IMG/VR virus record: IMGVR_UViG_3300032225_001407
Span: 1-47,931 of that record
Strand: one strand, 5' to 3'
DNA from: a virus
Taxonomy: Duplodnaviria; Caudoviricetes
Length of the DNA stretch: 47,931 nucleotides
Below the pieces are notes generated by a model. That model was given only the letters and a program-made list of their open reading frames with translations. It was not told the origin of the DNA and did no database searches. Each line of letters opens with the position of its first letter. Positions within the stretch are counted from its first letter, which is position 1. Positions 18,039-26,905 of this stretch are shown here, piece after piece. Made by a program: the position numbers and the translations under genes.

Positions 18039-18490
18039 TGTGGTATAGCAAAGTTGTAGCTGATCTGGGTAATATTCCAGATTTTATTACTCATTACGAA
18101 CAAGAACTGGATGATGCCAAACGCGACTGTCGGGTCGGTGGACTCATTGAAAAAAATATTACAGCTTTGCCAGGCATTACAGAACATAGATTTAACCAGT
18201 TGCAAGAAATTGAAGCAGTGTTAAACTACCTCAATATACAACTACGAAAAATTCGTCGCAAGCATTTTCAAAAATATCTTGAAGGCTATGCCCGGGCATT
18301 GACCAGTCGTGACGCTGAAAAATATGTGGACGGCGAAGATGAAGTCATTGAATTTGAAACATTGATCAACGAAGTTGCACTATTGCGTAATCGATTTTTA
18401 GGAATTCTTAAAGGCATGGAAAGTAAAAACTTTATGCTAGGACATATTGTTCGCTTGCGGGCCGCTGGTATGGAGGATGTTCAAGTATAA
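18038..18490 (+). CDS. uvsY: Recombination mediator (UvsY-like)
   Basis: Helical 150 aa downstream of uvsX; KYVDGEDEV...LKGMESKNFMLGHIV.LR..G resembles the UvsY C-terminus. Confidence 0.75.
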   Translation: MWYSKVVADLGNIPDFITHYEQELDDAKRDCRVGGLIEKNITALPGITEHRFNQLQEIEAVLNYLNIQLRKIRRKHFQKYLEGYARALTSRDAEKYVDGEDEVIEFETLINEVALLRNRFLGILKGMESKNFMLGHIVRLRAAGMEDVQV

Positions 18491-19233
18491 TGTTCACACA
18501 TCCAGGCGATAGCCATCAACACAGTCTTGAAACACTGAATCAGCTATACGAGTATGATGATTTTATGGCCAGTATTCGGACCATGATTGATCTTGGTTGT
18601 GGATCAGGCGAAGATCTAATGTGGTGGGCAACACTGACCACTCGAGACGATAATCCTGAACCATTGAATATCAAGTGTCATGGCATTGACATAGGACAAA
18701 AGCCGCCGGTTGAACACAAAAATATCTCATATCAGCAAGGCAATTTTGAAGATGCAATCGTTGCTCCTGACAGCGGGTTTGATGTGCTGTGGTGTCATGA
18801 TGCATTTCAATATGCCATAAATCCAATACAGACTTTAAGCGACTGGTGGCATATCGCCAGCCCTGGTGGCATGTTAGCACTGACCGTGCCAGTGACTCAG
18901 CAAATACATCGTCGACAACTTAGTTATGTATTGCCCAATGGACATTATTATCATCACACTATGGTCAGTCTTATGTATATGTTGGCCACAGCCGGATGGG
19001 ATTGTGGCGCCGGGTTTTTTAAACAAACGCCCTCAGAACCTTGGATACATGCAGTGGTTTATAAAAGCAGCCAACCACCTCAAAATCCACGTGAGGTTAA
19101 TTGGCATATATTGGCAGAGCAGAATCTTTTACCCCCGTCTGCTGTAAAAAGTATCTATGCTCACAGTGCTCTAAGACAACAGGATTTAATTGTTCCTTGG
19201 GTGGACCATAGTTTATTGAGTATGGCTGTCTAA
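18490..19233 (+). CDS. Class I SAM-dependent methyltransferase
   Basis: IDLGCGSG motif I, FDVLWCHDAFQY, PGGMLALTVP. Confidence 0.85.
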   Translation: MFTHPGDSHQHSLETLNQLYEYDDFMASIRTMIDLGCGSGEDLMWWATLTTRDDNPEPLNIKCHGIDIGQKPPVEHKNISYQQGNFEDAIVAPDSGFDVLWCHDAFQYAINPIQTLSDWWHIASPGGMLALTVPVTQQIHRRQLSYVLPNGHYYHHTMVSLMYMLATAGWDCGAGFFKQTPSEPWIHAVVYKSSQPPQNPREVNWHILAEQNLLPPSAVKSIYAHSALRQQDLIVPWVDHSLLSMAV

Positions 19234-19249
19234 CAGTTTAAATACACAC

Positions 19250-20005
19250 ATGAAAAAAATAATAGTAGTAAGCGGTGGGTTTGACCCGGTCCATTCTGGA
19301 CATATAAAATTAATCAAAGAAGCTCGATTACTAGGTGACATGCTCATAGTTGGGATCAACAGTGATGAATGGCTTGCCCGTAAAAAAGGCCGTGCATTCA
19401 TGCCGTGGCAAGAACGTCTTTGTGTGCTGAATAATCTAAGCAGTGTAGACGAAGTATATACATTTGATGATGAGGATGGAACAGCATGTCACTTGCTACA
19501 ACAAGTCCGGGCGCATTATCCAGATGCAAATATTGTGTTTGCCAATGGTGGTGATCGCACCCAAGAAAATATTCCCGAAATGTCAGTGGATGGGGTAGAA
19601 TTTGCATTTGGTGTCGGTGGGTTTAACAAAACAAATAGTAGTAGCTGGATTTTAGAAGAATGGAAAGCACCCAAGACTGAACGTCCGTGGGGATATTATC
19701 GAGTATTACATGATGTTCTTGGAACCAAAGTTAAAGAACTCACAGTCATGCCCGGACAACATCTTAGTATGCAACGTCACCAAGACAGGGCCGAGCACTG
19801 GCATGTTGCCGAAGGTACTGCTACGGTTTACAGCATAAATAAAAAAAGCGATGCAGTGTCCTTAGGCGACTTTGGTCCGCATACCCATATACACATCAAT
19901 CGTAACGACTGGCATCAGTTATGCAATGAAACTGACCACCCGTTAAAAATTGTAGAAATACAATACGGTGATAATTGCGTTGAAGAAGATATTGAGCGCA
20001 GATAA
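19250..20005 (+). CDS. Cytidylyltransferase-like domain fused to a mannose-6-phosphate isomerase type II-like cupin
   Basis: SGGFDPVHSGH (HxGH), GINSD, FANGGDR, then ERPWGYY...LSMQRH..RAEHW...EIQYG...EEDIER. Confidence 0.9.
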   Translation: MKKIIVVSGGFDPVHSGHIKLIKEARLLGDMLIVGINSDEWLARKKGRAFMPWQERLCVLNNLSSVDEVYTFDDEDGTACHLLQQVRAHYPDANIVFANGGDRTQENIPEMSVDGVEFAFGVGGFNKTNSSSWILEEWKAPKTERPWGYYRVLHDVLGTKVKELTVMPGQHLSMQRHQDRAEHWHVAEGTATVYSINKKSDAVSLGDFGPHTHIHINRNDWHQLCNETDHPLKIVEIQYGDNCVEEDIERR

Positions 20006-20040
20006 TAGGCGGTAAATATAATTAATCAGGAGAAAAAGAT

Positions 20041-20535
20041 ATGGCACTACGAACAGTAAAAGTCCAAGGCTGGGGTTGCATTGGCAGTGAAAAACGGGTC
20101 AAACTGACAGCACAGCTCGATGGCGAAGTTGTGTTTTCTGATGAAATTGATCTGGTAGAAATGGACGAAACAAACGATCGTATGGAAACCGCACCAACTT
20201 TGTTTACTTTTGAAATCCCAATGGATTTTGCAGGCACCAAACGCATGACAATCACCAATGAAAATGCCGCAATAAGAATTGGGCAAATGGTTGTAAATTA
20301 CAACATTGTTGAAGTAGGTGATATACTTTATAGCGATGGACCAGACATGTTTGATGATGTAGCAGTCGAAGACGCCGACGGCATTATAGACCCTCGTATA
20401 AATGTAATCATCAATGGGCAACCACAATCAGCAATGCGAGAATTTGGTAACGGCACGTGGCATTGGACATTACAGCCTAATTCAATTTTTGAACACGACA
20501 CAGTTTTTAGGGCCGGATTGTCTGACCTGGACTAA
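20041..20535 (+). CDS. Hypothetical acidic protein
   Basis: TAAATA promoter, AGGAG RBS, followed by a terminator. Confidence 0.7.
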   Translation: MALRTVKVQGWGCIGSEKRVKLTAQLDGEVVFSDEIDLVEMDETNDRMETAPTLFTFEIPMDFAGTKRMTITNENAAIRIGQMVVNYNIVEVGDILYSDGPDMFDDVAVEDADGIIDPRINVIINGQPQSAMREFGNGTWHWTLQPNSIFEHDTVFRAGLSDLD

Positions 20536-20558
20536 TAGTTAGTGTATACTAACTTACT

Positions 20559-20586
20559 AAAACCCTTCATTTTGGAGGGTTTTTTT
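20559..20586 (+). terminator. Intrinsic terminator
   Basis: AAAACCCTTC-atttt-GGAGGGTTTTTTT. Confidence 0.8.
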
Positions 20587-20588
20587 AT

Positions 20589-20619
20589 GGTTGACCCAAA
20601 ATGGCTCATTTGCTACAAT
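20589..20619 (+). promoter_or_regulatory. Sigma70-type early promoter, repeat copy 1
   Basis: GG-TTGACC-17 nt (ending TGc)-TACAAT. Confidence 0.8.
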
Positions 20620-20628
20620 TACACTATT

Positions 20629-20772
20629 ATGAAAGTCAAGCAAAAAATCCGTAGAACTCGCGCTCATAAAGTGTTGTTTTGTAGCAACACCCCTTTTAAG
20701 CCCAAGCGAGTTGAGCCAAAAACCCGCTATCAGCGCCAGCCCAAGCATAAAAACAGTGCGGATTTAGGTTGA
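20629..20772 (+). CDS. 47-aa basic protein, ArfA-like motif (start moved from 20542)
   Basis: MKVKQKIRRTRAHKVLFCSNTPFKPKRVEPKTRYQRQPKHK. The upstream part of the tracked ORF is terminator and promoter sequence. Confidence 0.6.
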   Translation: MKVKQKIRRTRAHKVLFCSNTPFKPKRVEPKTRYQRQPKHKNSADLG

Positions 20773-20797
20773 CCAAAAATTGCCCATTTGCTATAAT
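20767..20797 (+). promoter_or_regulatory. Sigma70-type early promoter, repeat copy 2
   Basis: GG-TTGACC-17 nt (ending TGc)-TATAAT; spacer nearly identical to copy 1. Confidence 0.85.
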
Positions 20798-20827
20798 ACT
20801 TGTATAGAAACTAAAAAGGAGCCCAAA

Positions 20828-21079
20828 ATGCGTCATGTATCAGGTTTTAGTAACAGCACCCGAATTCGTTTTATTGTTAACGGTTTTGGCATGTATGGTA
20901 CCATCAATGACATCTACACAAAAACAGCCACAGCATCACACGGTGCCGCTCTGCGTCTTGCGATCCAAAAACTGGCTTACGATCGCCGTCACAGCAGTTT
21001 CACTGGAGAGGGTCGCCCTGTGGGTGTGGGCATCACACACGAAGGCGTTGATGTGCAGATTACATTGATGGCCAACTAA
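20828..21079 (+). CDS. Small hypothetical early protein (start moved from 20780)
   Basis: AAGGAG RBS before ATG 20828; has its own promoter. Confidence 0.7.
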   Translation: MRHVSGFSNSTRIRFIVNGFGMYGTINDIYTKTATASHGAALRLAIQKLAYDRRHSSFTGEGRPVGVGITHEGVDVQITLMAN

Positions 21080-21110
21080 GGTTGACCATTAAATCCATTT
21101 AGTTTATAAT
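21080..21110 (+). promoter_or_regulatory. Sigma70-type early promoter, repeat copy 3
   Basis: GG-TTGACC-17 nt-TATAAT. Confidence 0.85.
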
Positions 21111-21144
21111 ATACACATATTAACAATCCAGTAAGGAGCTAAAA

Positions 21145-22170
21145 ATGTCTACAATTCTCGTAAAGCACGGTAGTTATCGCAATCAACCTGTAAACAATGT
21201 AACCTTCGCTCTAGTCAAAGGTTACCAAACTGGAGCCAAAGGAGGCTATGTGACAGTAAATGCCGAAGGCTACTTTGGTGAAGACACACCAGATGTAGTT
21301 CGTATCCGTGTCAATTCAATTGAAGATGTAGAGTTTACCTCTGGTGCTGTCTCTACTGCACCGGTTGCTCAGCCCGCAGTCAAGGCACCGGTTGAAACCG
21401 ACGAAGAAGTTATGACTCGTATTGGCGAGCGTTTTGATATCCTTGATCAAATGACCAAGGCCACCATTGCTGGCGACGTCCGTGCTATGATTGTGGTTGG
21501 CCCTCCGGGTGTGGGCAAGAGCTATGGTGTAGAAAAACAACTCGAACATTCAGGCCTGTTTGATCAGTTGAGCGGTCGCAAGATCAAGTATGAAGTAATC
21601 AAAGGTGCTATGACTCCGATTGGTCTGTATTGCACCTTGTATAAGCACTCAGACAAGAACAATGTTCTAGTGTTTGACGACTGTGACTCTGTGTTCCAAG
21701 ATGACTTGAGCCTGAACATTCTCAAGGCCGCCCTGGACTCAGGCAAAAAGCGTCGTATTTACTGGAACAGTGATAGTGCCATGTTGCGTCGTGAAGGCGT
21801 GCCAGACATGTTTGACTTCAAAGGTGCTTGTATCTTTATTACCAACTTGCAGTTCCAAAATCTCAAGAGCAAGAAACTACAAGACCATTTGGAAGCCTTG
21901 CAAAGTCGTTGTCACTTCTTGGACTTGACCCTTAACACCATGCGTGATCGCTTCTTGCGTATCAAACAGATTTATCGCAAGGGCGAACTGTTTGCAGACT
22001 ATGACTTCACTGAAGAGCAAGGCGACGAAGTGATCGAGTTTATGGAACAGAATCAAGGTCGCTTGCGTGAAATGAGCTTGCGTATGGCACTGAAGATTGC
22101 GGACTTGACCAAAGTGTCTGACACCAATTGGAAGGCTCTGGCTGCAACAACTTGCATGAAGAACAGTTAA
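21145..22170 (+). CDS. P-loop (AAA+-like) ATPase with a small N-terminal domain
   Basis: GPPGVGKS Walker A, VLVFDDCD Walker B, IFITN sensor 1, ALQSRC Arg finger. TAAGGAG RBS. Confidence 0.85.
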   Translation: MSTILVKHGSYRNQPVNNVTFALVKGYQTGAKGGYVTVNAEGYFGEDTPDVVRIRVNSIEDVEFTSGAVSTAPVAQPAVKAPVETDEEVMTRIGERFDILDQMTKATIAGDVRAMIVVGPPGVGKSYGVEKQLEHSGLFDQLSGRKIKYEVIKGAMTPIGLYCTLYKHSDKNNVLVFDDCDSVFQDDLSLNILKAALDSGKKRRIYWNSDSAMLRREGVPDMFDFKGACIFITNLQFQNLKSKKLQDHLEALQSRCHFLDLTLNTMRDRFLRIKQIYRKGELFADYDFTEEQGDEVIEFMEQNQGRLREMSLRMALKIADLTKVSDTNWKALAATTCMKNS

Positions 22171-22207
22171 TTTGGTAGCTCCTGGGTAGTGCAAACTACC
22201 CATTTAC

Positions 22208-22240
22208 AACAGGTATCCGTAAAAAGATACCTGTTTTTTT
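22208..22240 (+). terminator. Intrinsic terminator, preceded by a GNRA hairpin at 22183-22202
   Basis: AACAGGTATC-cgtaaaaa-GATACCTGTT-TTTTT; upstream TGGGTAGT-GCAA-ACTACCCA. Confidence 0.85.
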
Positions 22241-22270
22241 ATGAGGTATAAAACAAGCATTAAATACCCA

Positions 22271-23077
22271 ATGAAGATACTGTTTGCAAATAGCGTAACT
22301 ATAGATTTGGAAATCAACGATAGTCCCATTGGCAAGATATATCAAAAAACTTACAGGCATTTATCGGCACTTCCAATACCTTTTAGTCCATGGGACAACG
22401 GCTATAATTATAAAAATTCAATTGACTATCCGGCTCTAGTTGATAAACTGCTAGTGTATGCTGAACAATTGTCAATAGACATTGACCGGCAACAATGTCT
22501 AGCACAAGATCAAAAATATTTTAATACCATCCACAAAATTTACGAAAAGTATTACGATGGGTCGCCTGGGTGGTTAAATTTTCACGAACATATTCACATG
22601 TGTGAAAATTATTTCAAAAAATGGCCTAGGGTGTTGAATATCGATTATCGAGAAAAAATGGGTCCGTTAGAAAAACCATTTGACCGTTCTTGGCTATCCA
22701 CTTCGACTACCAACATCAAAGCAGGCGATGTATTTGTAGCGTGGTCAGAATTGGGAAAGACACCTTATACATATTGGAATGATCATGAGCCGCCTGAAGC
22801 CGGCAGAATGTGCGAACTGATTAAACCCTGGGTAAAACTCATACCAAAAATTAAAATTGCACTTGAAGACATTGATAGACTAACAGATAAACGACTTGAT
22901 GAATTTGAATCATGGTGGAACCAATACAAACAACCTTGGTTACAGCATTGGAACTTGCCAGACTGGACCACGCATGATATATTCTCAGCCAATATAATTG
23001 GCAAAACCACACAGCTTGATTTGCTAAAAGATCAATTAAAAAATAACATAACACCTACTAGAATTCTAATACAATGA
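22271..23077 (+). CDS. Hypothetical protein (start moved from 22241)
   Basis: TAAATA-CCCA-ATG at 22261-22273; aromatic-rich; LNFHEHIHMCE. Confidence 0.7.
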   Translation: MKILFANSVTIDLEINDSPIGKIYQKTYRHLSALPIPFSPWDNGYNYKNSIDYPALVDKLLVYAEQLSIDIDRQQCLAQDQKYFNTIHKIYEKYYDGSPGWLNFHEHIHMCENYFKKWPRVLNIDYREKMGPLEKPFDRSWLSTSTTNIKAGDVFVAWSELGKTPYTYWNDHEPPEAGRMCELIKPWVKLIPKIKIALEDIDRLTDKRLDEFESWWNQYKQPWLQHWNLPDWTTHDIFSANIIGKTTQLDLLKDQLKNNITPTRILIQ

Positions 23078-24219
23078 CTTGGCCTATAATTATCAAACGT
23101 GGTCCAAATTTGAATCAAACACTCAGTGGAATAAAATTTGATAAATTTGGTCACAAATTACAACAACAAATCCATGTATGCGATGATTGGCGCAGTGGTT
23201 TTGAATGGGCACAACAGCATCACCACACTCAGGCATTGTTTGTCAACAGTGGAACCATAATAACAGATTGGCAAGAATTTAAAAGATTAATTGACAGTTA
23301 CCCGCACAGTGGCCTGATTGCACACTTGATGTGGCATCCAACTCAGCAGTTATATCTAGATGATCAGTGTTGGTTTATGGATATACCTGCGTTTGAGCCT
23401 GAAGATTTTTCTGTAACTCACGTGGCACATCCGTTTCCTGTGCGTAGTGATCAAAATCTACACGATGACTATACTCCGTTGTGGATCAAACCTAACCCAA
23501 ATCAAAACATCCAATACACTGTGACCAATTTTGGACAAGGACTTGTATGCCGCCAGCTGTTGAATCAACGTCCTATAGTAAATTGGAACAATGCTGTAAG
23601 AGATTTGAAATTCTTTTTGTATGACAAACCAATGGACTTGACCAGGTTCCAAGATTACAAAAACATTGCTGAAAATCAGTTATGGGTATTCAACAACGAG
23701 CCGGTTGTTGTTGTTAAACAGCCAAGGTTGGTATCACCAGCATCAGGTCTTTCTTGGCTGTTAAATATAGTAGATCCTGCTACAGAACACATGCAACTGG
23801 TTGACATAAGTTGGATACAAATTAAGTTTGCTCAGACACTATGGACCACATGGAACGGTGATAACTACGGAGAATTTGTTTGGAATTTTATTACAGCAAA
23901 CAATTTGTCGCATTATGAATTAGACAATCCAGCACTGACACCAGTAGAACGATTAAAATTAAAAGGTCCAACACGGTTTATTGACTATGTTAATGCCACG
24001 TTTGATCTAGCAGTAGGCCCAGAGTTTAAAGATCAATGGGCTCGAGCTCAACAGACAAAAACAGTTGAGTTTTGTAACGATAATTTAATCAACTGGGTAA
24101 TAAACAATGACGTCAGTGGATATAATCACATATGGTGTTCAAACATACTAGACTACAAATGGACCTTGTTGCATACCACTGTTGATCAGTATAACCAATT
24201 TCAAGAAAAACTAAAATGA
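23074..24219 (+). CDS. Hypothetical protein, possibly a modification enzyme
   Basis: Long ORF coupled by ATGA overlaps to both neighbours; no motif identified with certainty. Confidence 0.7.
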   Translation: MTWPIIIKRGPNLNQTLSGIKFDKFGHKLQQQIHVCDDWRSGFEWAQQHHHTQALFVNSGTIITDWQEFKRLIDSYPHSGLIAHLMWHPTQQLYLDDQCWFMDIPAFEPEDFSVTHVAHPFPVRSDQNLHDDYTPLWIKPNPNQNIQYTVTNFGQGLVCRQLLNQRPIVNWNNAVRDLKFFLYDKPMDLTRFQDYKNIAENQLWVFNNEPVVVVKQPRLVSPASGLSWLLNIVDPATEHMQLVDISWIQIKFAQTLWTTWNGDNYGEFVWNFITANNLSHYELDNPALTPVERLKLKGPTRFIDYVNATFDLAVGPEFKDQWARAQQTKTVEFCNDNLINWVINNDVSGYNHIWCSNILDYKWTLLHTTVDQYNQFQEKLK

Positions 24220-24935
24220 AACAACAAATAAGCCAACTGATGACCAGGAAATACATCAATCATCAGTATCAACTGCCTGAGTATAACTCAGCGGCCACGT
24301 TTGAGTGGATACGTAAACAGTCAGGATTACCTTGGTTGCCGTTGACAGTGGCTGTGCCACACGAAGTTATTTTGTCTGAAATCAAAAACATAGAGTCTCT
24401 GCTGACCCAGCATCGAGAAGATTATAATGAACACGAAGGATGGAAAAGTTTCTGCATCCACGGCAAGGCCTATGACGCTACCAAAGAAGATGAATACTAT
24501 AATGACAGTCGCCCGCACACTTGGACTGCCCAGGCAGTAAAACTAATGCCGTCCACTGTGAACTTTTTTCAGACGCAGTGGCCTGGCGATCAATATCGAC
24601 GAATTAGGGTTATGCTTTTAGAACCAGGAGGCTATATAACCATTCATCGCGATGGGGATTGTCCTGGATTGACAGCCATCAACATTGCTATAACACAACC
24701 TGCTGAGTGTAATTTTGTTATGGAAAGAAAAGGATCTGTTCCTTTTGTGCCAGGCCGGGCTGTTTGGGTAGATATTTCTAATAATCACACTGTTTTCAAC
24801 AATAGCGATCAAAATCGTTGGCACTTAATCGTTCATCAAAACCTTGGTAACCAAAATTTTCAAGATGAGGTTGTAAAATCTTACAATACCATGTATAATA
24901 ATTACAATGAGAACAGCCACAATTGTAATCCGTGA
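24216..24935 (+). CDS. Aspartyl/asparaginyl beta-hydroxylase-like 2OG-Fe(II) oxygenase
   Basis: RIRVMLLEPGGYITIHRD (HxD), NHTVFN, RWHLIVH. Confidence 0.85.
   Translation: MKQQISQLMTRKYINHQYQLPEYNSAATFEWIRKQSGLPWLPLTVAVPHEVILSEIKNIESLLTQHREDYNEHEGWKSFCIHGKAYDATKEDEYYNDSRPHTWTAQAVKLMPSTVNFFQTQWPGDQYRRIRVMLLEPGGYITIHRDGDCPGLTAINIAITQPAECNFVMERKGSVPFVPGRAVWVDISNNHTVFNNSDQNRWHLIVHQNLGNQNFQDEVVKSYNTMYNNYNENSHNCNP
24871..24899 (+). promoter_or_regulatory. Sigma70-type promoter of uvsW, inside the upstream gene
   Basis: GG-TTGTAA-17 nt-TATAAT; ATG 7 nt downstream. Confidence 0.7.
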
Positions 24936-26367
24936 TGAAGTTAATATCAAAATAGAAGGACTTGAGCTCGACGCTCGCCGTGCCTTGGTTACAGCATTCA
25001 AGTATGATGTTCCGGGCGCTAGATATTTGCCCGCAGTCCGCCTTGGCCGTTGGGATGGTAAGGTCAGCTATTTTCAACTTGGTGGCAGCACTTATGTAAA
25101 CTTGCTACCAGAAATTATTCCTATTTTGGAAAAGTTTAATTACGATATTGAACTCAACGACCAGCGTGACTACTCTACTACATTTGAATTTGAAAAAGTA
25201 AACGAGCAAACATTTGGTCATATCACATGGAGCAAAGGTCATCCTCTAGAAGGCAAACCAATGGAGTTGCGTGACTATCAAGTTGAGATCATCAACAACT
25301 TCCTTGAGAACCCACAGTGTATTCAGGAGATCGCCACAGGCGCAGGCAAGACAGTTATTACCGCGGCATTATCAAATGCAGTAGCACCATACGGTCGTAC
25401 CATTGTTATTGTTCCCAACAAGAGTTTAGTAACACAAACAGAAAAAGACTACATCAATATGCAACAGGATGTAGGTGTTTACTTTGGTGATCGCAAAGAG
25501 TGGGGCCGTCAGCACACTATCTGCACTTGGCAAAGCCTAAACGTATTACTTAAGAACACAAAGAATGGTGTAGGTGACTGCACCATTGGCGAGTTCCTAG
25601 AGGACGTGATTTGTGTTATTGTTGACGAAGTGCATATGGCCAAAGCCGACGCACTCAAAAGCCTGCTGACAGGCGTAATGAGTCGTGTTCCTTTGCGTTG
25701 GGGACTCACAGGAACCATCCCCAAAGAACCGTTTGAGTCGCAGGCACTAAAATGCAGTCTCGGTCCGGTAATAGGCAAGCTCACAGCCAGCGAACTACAA
25801 AGCCAAGGTGTGTTGGCACAGTGCCATGTGAACATTGTGCAATTGGTCGACCATGCTGAGTTTACCAACTATCAAAGCGAACTAAAGTTCTTGTTGGAAG
25901 AACCCGATAGATTAGATACTATTGCCAACCTGATCCGGCAGGTTAATTTAACAGGCAACACCCTGGTCCTGGTCGATCGTATTGCCGCCGGGCAAGGTAT
26001 TATAGAACGCTTGGGCGACAATGCAGTTATGGTCAGTGGTGCAACTAAAGCAAAGGTGAGACAAGATGAGTATGATGAGGTGGCTGAATCAACAGGTAAA
26101 ATTATTGTCGCAACATACGGCGTGGCTGCTGTGGGGATCAACATTCCTCGTATTTTTAATCTTGTGCTTGTGGAGCCTGGTAAATCTTTTGTCCGTGTTA
26201 TCCAGAGCATTGGGCGTGGAATAAGAAAAGCCGAAGACAAAGACCATGTGCAGATATGGGACGTAACCAGCACCTGTAAATTTGCCAAACGCCATTTAAC
26301 CAGACGCAAACAGTTTTATAAGGAAGCCAACTATCCGTTTACACAAGAAAAACTAGAATGGAAATAA
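24907..26367 (+). CDS. uvsW: SF2 DNA helicase (UvsW-like)
   Basis: LRDYQ, ATGAGKT, VDEVH, GLTGT, ATYGVAAVGINIP, QSIGRGIR. Confidence 0.93.
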   Translation: MRTATIVIRDEVNIKIEGLELDARRALVTAFKYDVPGARYLPAVRLGRWDGKVSYFQLGGSTYVNLLPEIIPILEKFNYDIELNDQRDYSTTFEFEKVNEQTFGHITWSKGHPLEGKPMELRDYQVEIINNFLENPQCIQEIATGAGKTVITAALSNAVAPYGRTIVIVPNKSLVTQTEKDYINMQQDVGVYFGDRKEWGRQHTICTWQSLNVLLKNTKNGVGDCTIGEFLEDVICVIVDEVHMAKADALKSLLTGVMSRVPLRWGLTGTIPKEPFESQALKCSLGPVIGKLTASELQSQGVLAQCHVNIVQLVDHAEFTNYQSELKFLLEEPDRLDTIANLIRQVNLTGNTLVLVDRIAAGQGIIERLGDNAVMVSGATKAKVRQDEYDEVAESTGKIIVATYGVAAVGINIPRIFNLVLVEPGKSFVRVIQSIGRGIRKAEDKDHVQIWDVTSTCKFAKRHLTRRKQFYKEANYPFTQEKLEWK

Positions 26368-26370
26368 AGG

Positions 26371-26398
26371 TTGCACTTGCAATAAAATATGTTATAAT
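26371..26398 (+). promoter_or_regulatory. Sigma70-type promoter
   Basis: GG-TTGCAC-16 nt (ending TGt)-TATAAT; ATG 6 nt downstream. Confidence 0.7.
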
Positions 26399-26404
26399 AC
26401 TATT

Positions 26405-26905
26405 ATGAGAATACTAACACTTGACAATGAACCATTTGATCTAGATCATCTTCCAGAAGAAGTTGATGACATGCGCTTTGCCATCTTTGACAACAGCGAT
26501 CCCAAAGACCCAGACTATCATTATATTCCGCTAATCTTCTTGGAAAGTTTTACAGCACCTGCTTTGGTATTGAGAATAGGACAATACAGAATTCGTATGC
26601 CTGTGGACTGGCAGATCCTAATAGGTGAACCCGACATAGGCGATCTTGAAGTGTTACCATTGACCAGTATAAACGATCGTGGATTCAAAGCATTCCAGTT
26701 TAATCCATTGAGTAGTTTCAGGCCCAGCTTTCCAGAAATAGAAATTTTAGATGTGTATCAAGAAGTGTCGTGGTATGCCCCTAAACTGAAGAATGGCCAA
26801 ATGTTGTGTGTGCCAATCAGCGATGGCAATGAACCCGAGTGTGTATATTTTGTCAAAGATATCAGTCGCAACTGCGAAGTGGTAAATTATAACTTGGCCT
26901 GGTAA
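26405..26905 (+). CDS. Hypothetical beta-rich protein, possibly a Hint-like fold
   Basis: Clear promoter. ALVLRIGQYRIRMPVDWQILI resembles the Hint block B pattern but lacks TxxH. Confidence 0.65.
   Translation: MRILTLDNEPFDLDHLPEEVDDMRFAIFDNSDPKDPDYHYIPLIFLESFTAPALVLRIGQYRIRMPVDWQILIGEPDIGDLEVLPLTSINDRGFKAFQFNPLSSFRPSFPEIEILDVYQEVSWYAPKLKNGQMLCVPISDGNEPECVYFVKDISRNCEVVNYNLAW

Noticed and set aside
20589-21110. Repeated 31-bp elements as CRISPR repeats or integron attC sites
   Set aside because: They are -35/-10 promoters, not palindromic, and the intervening sequences are genes of unequal length.
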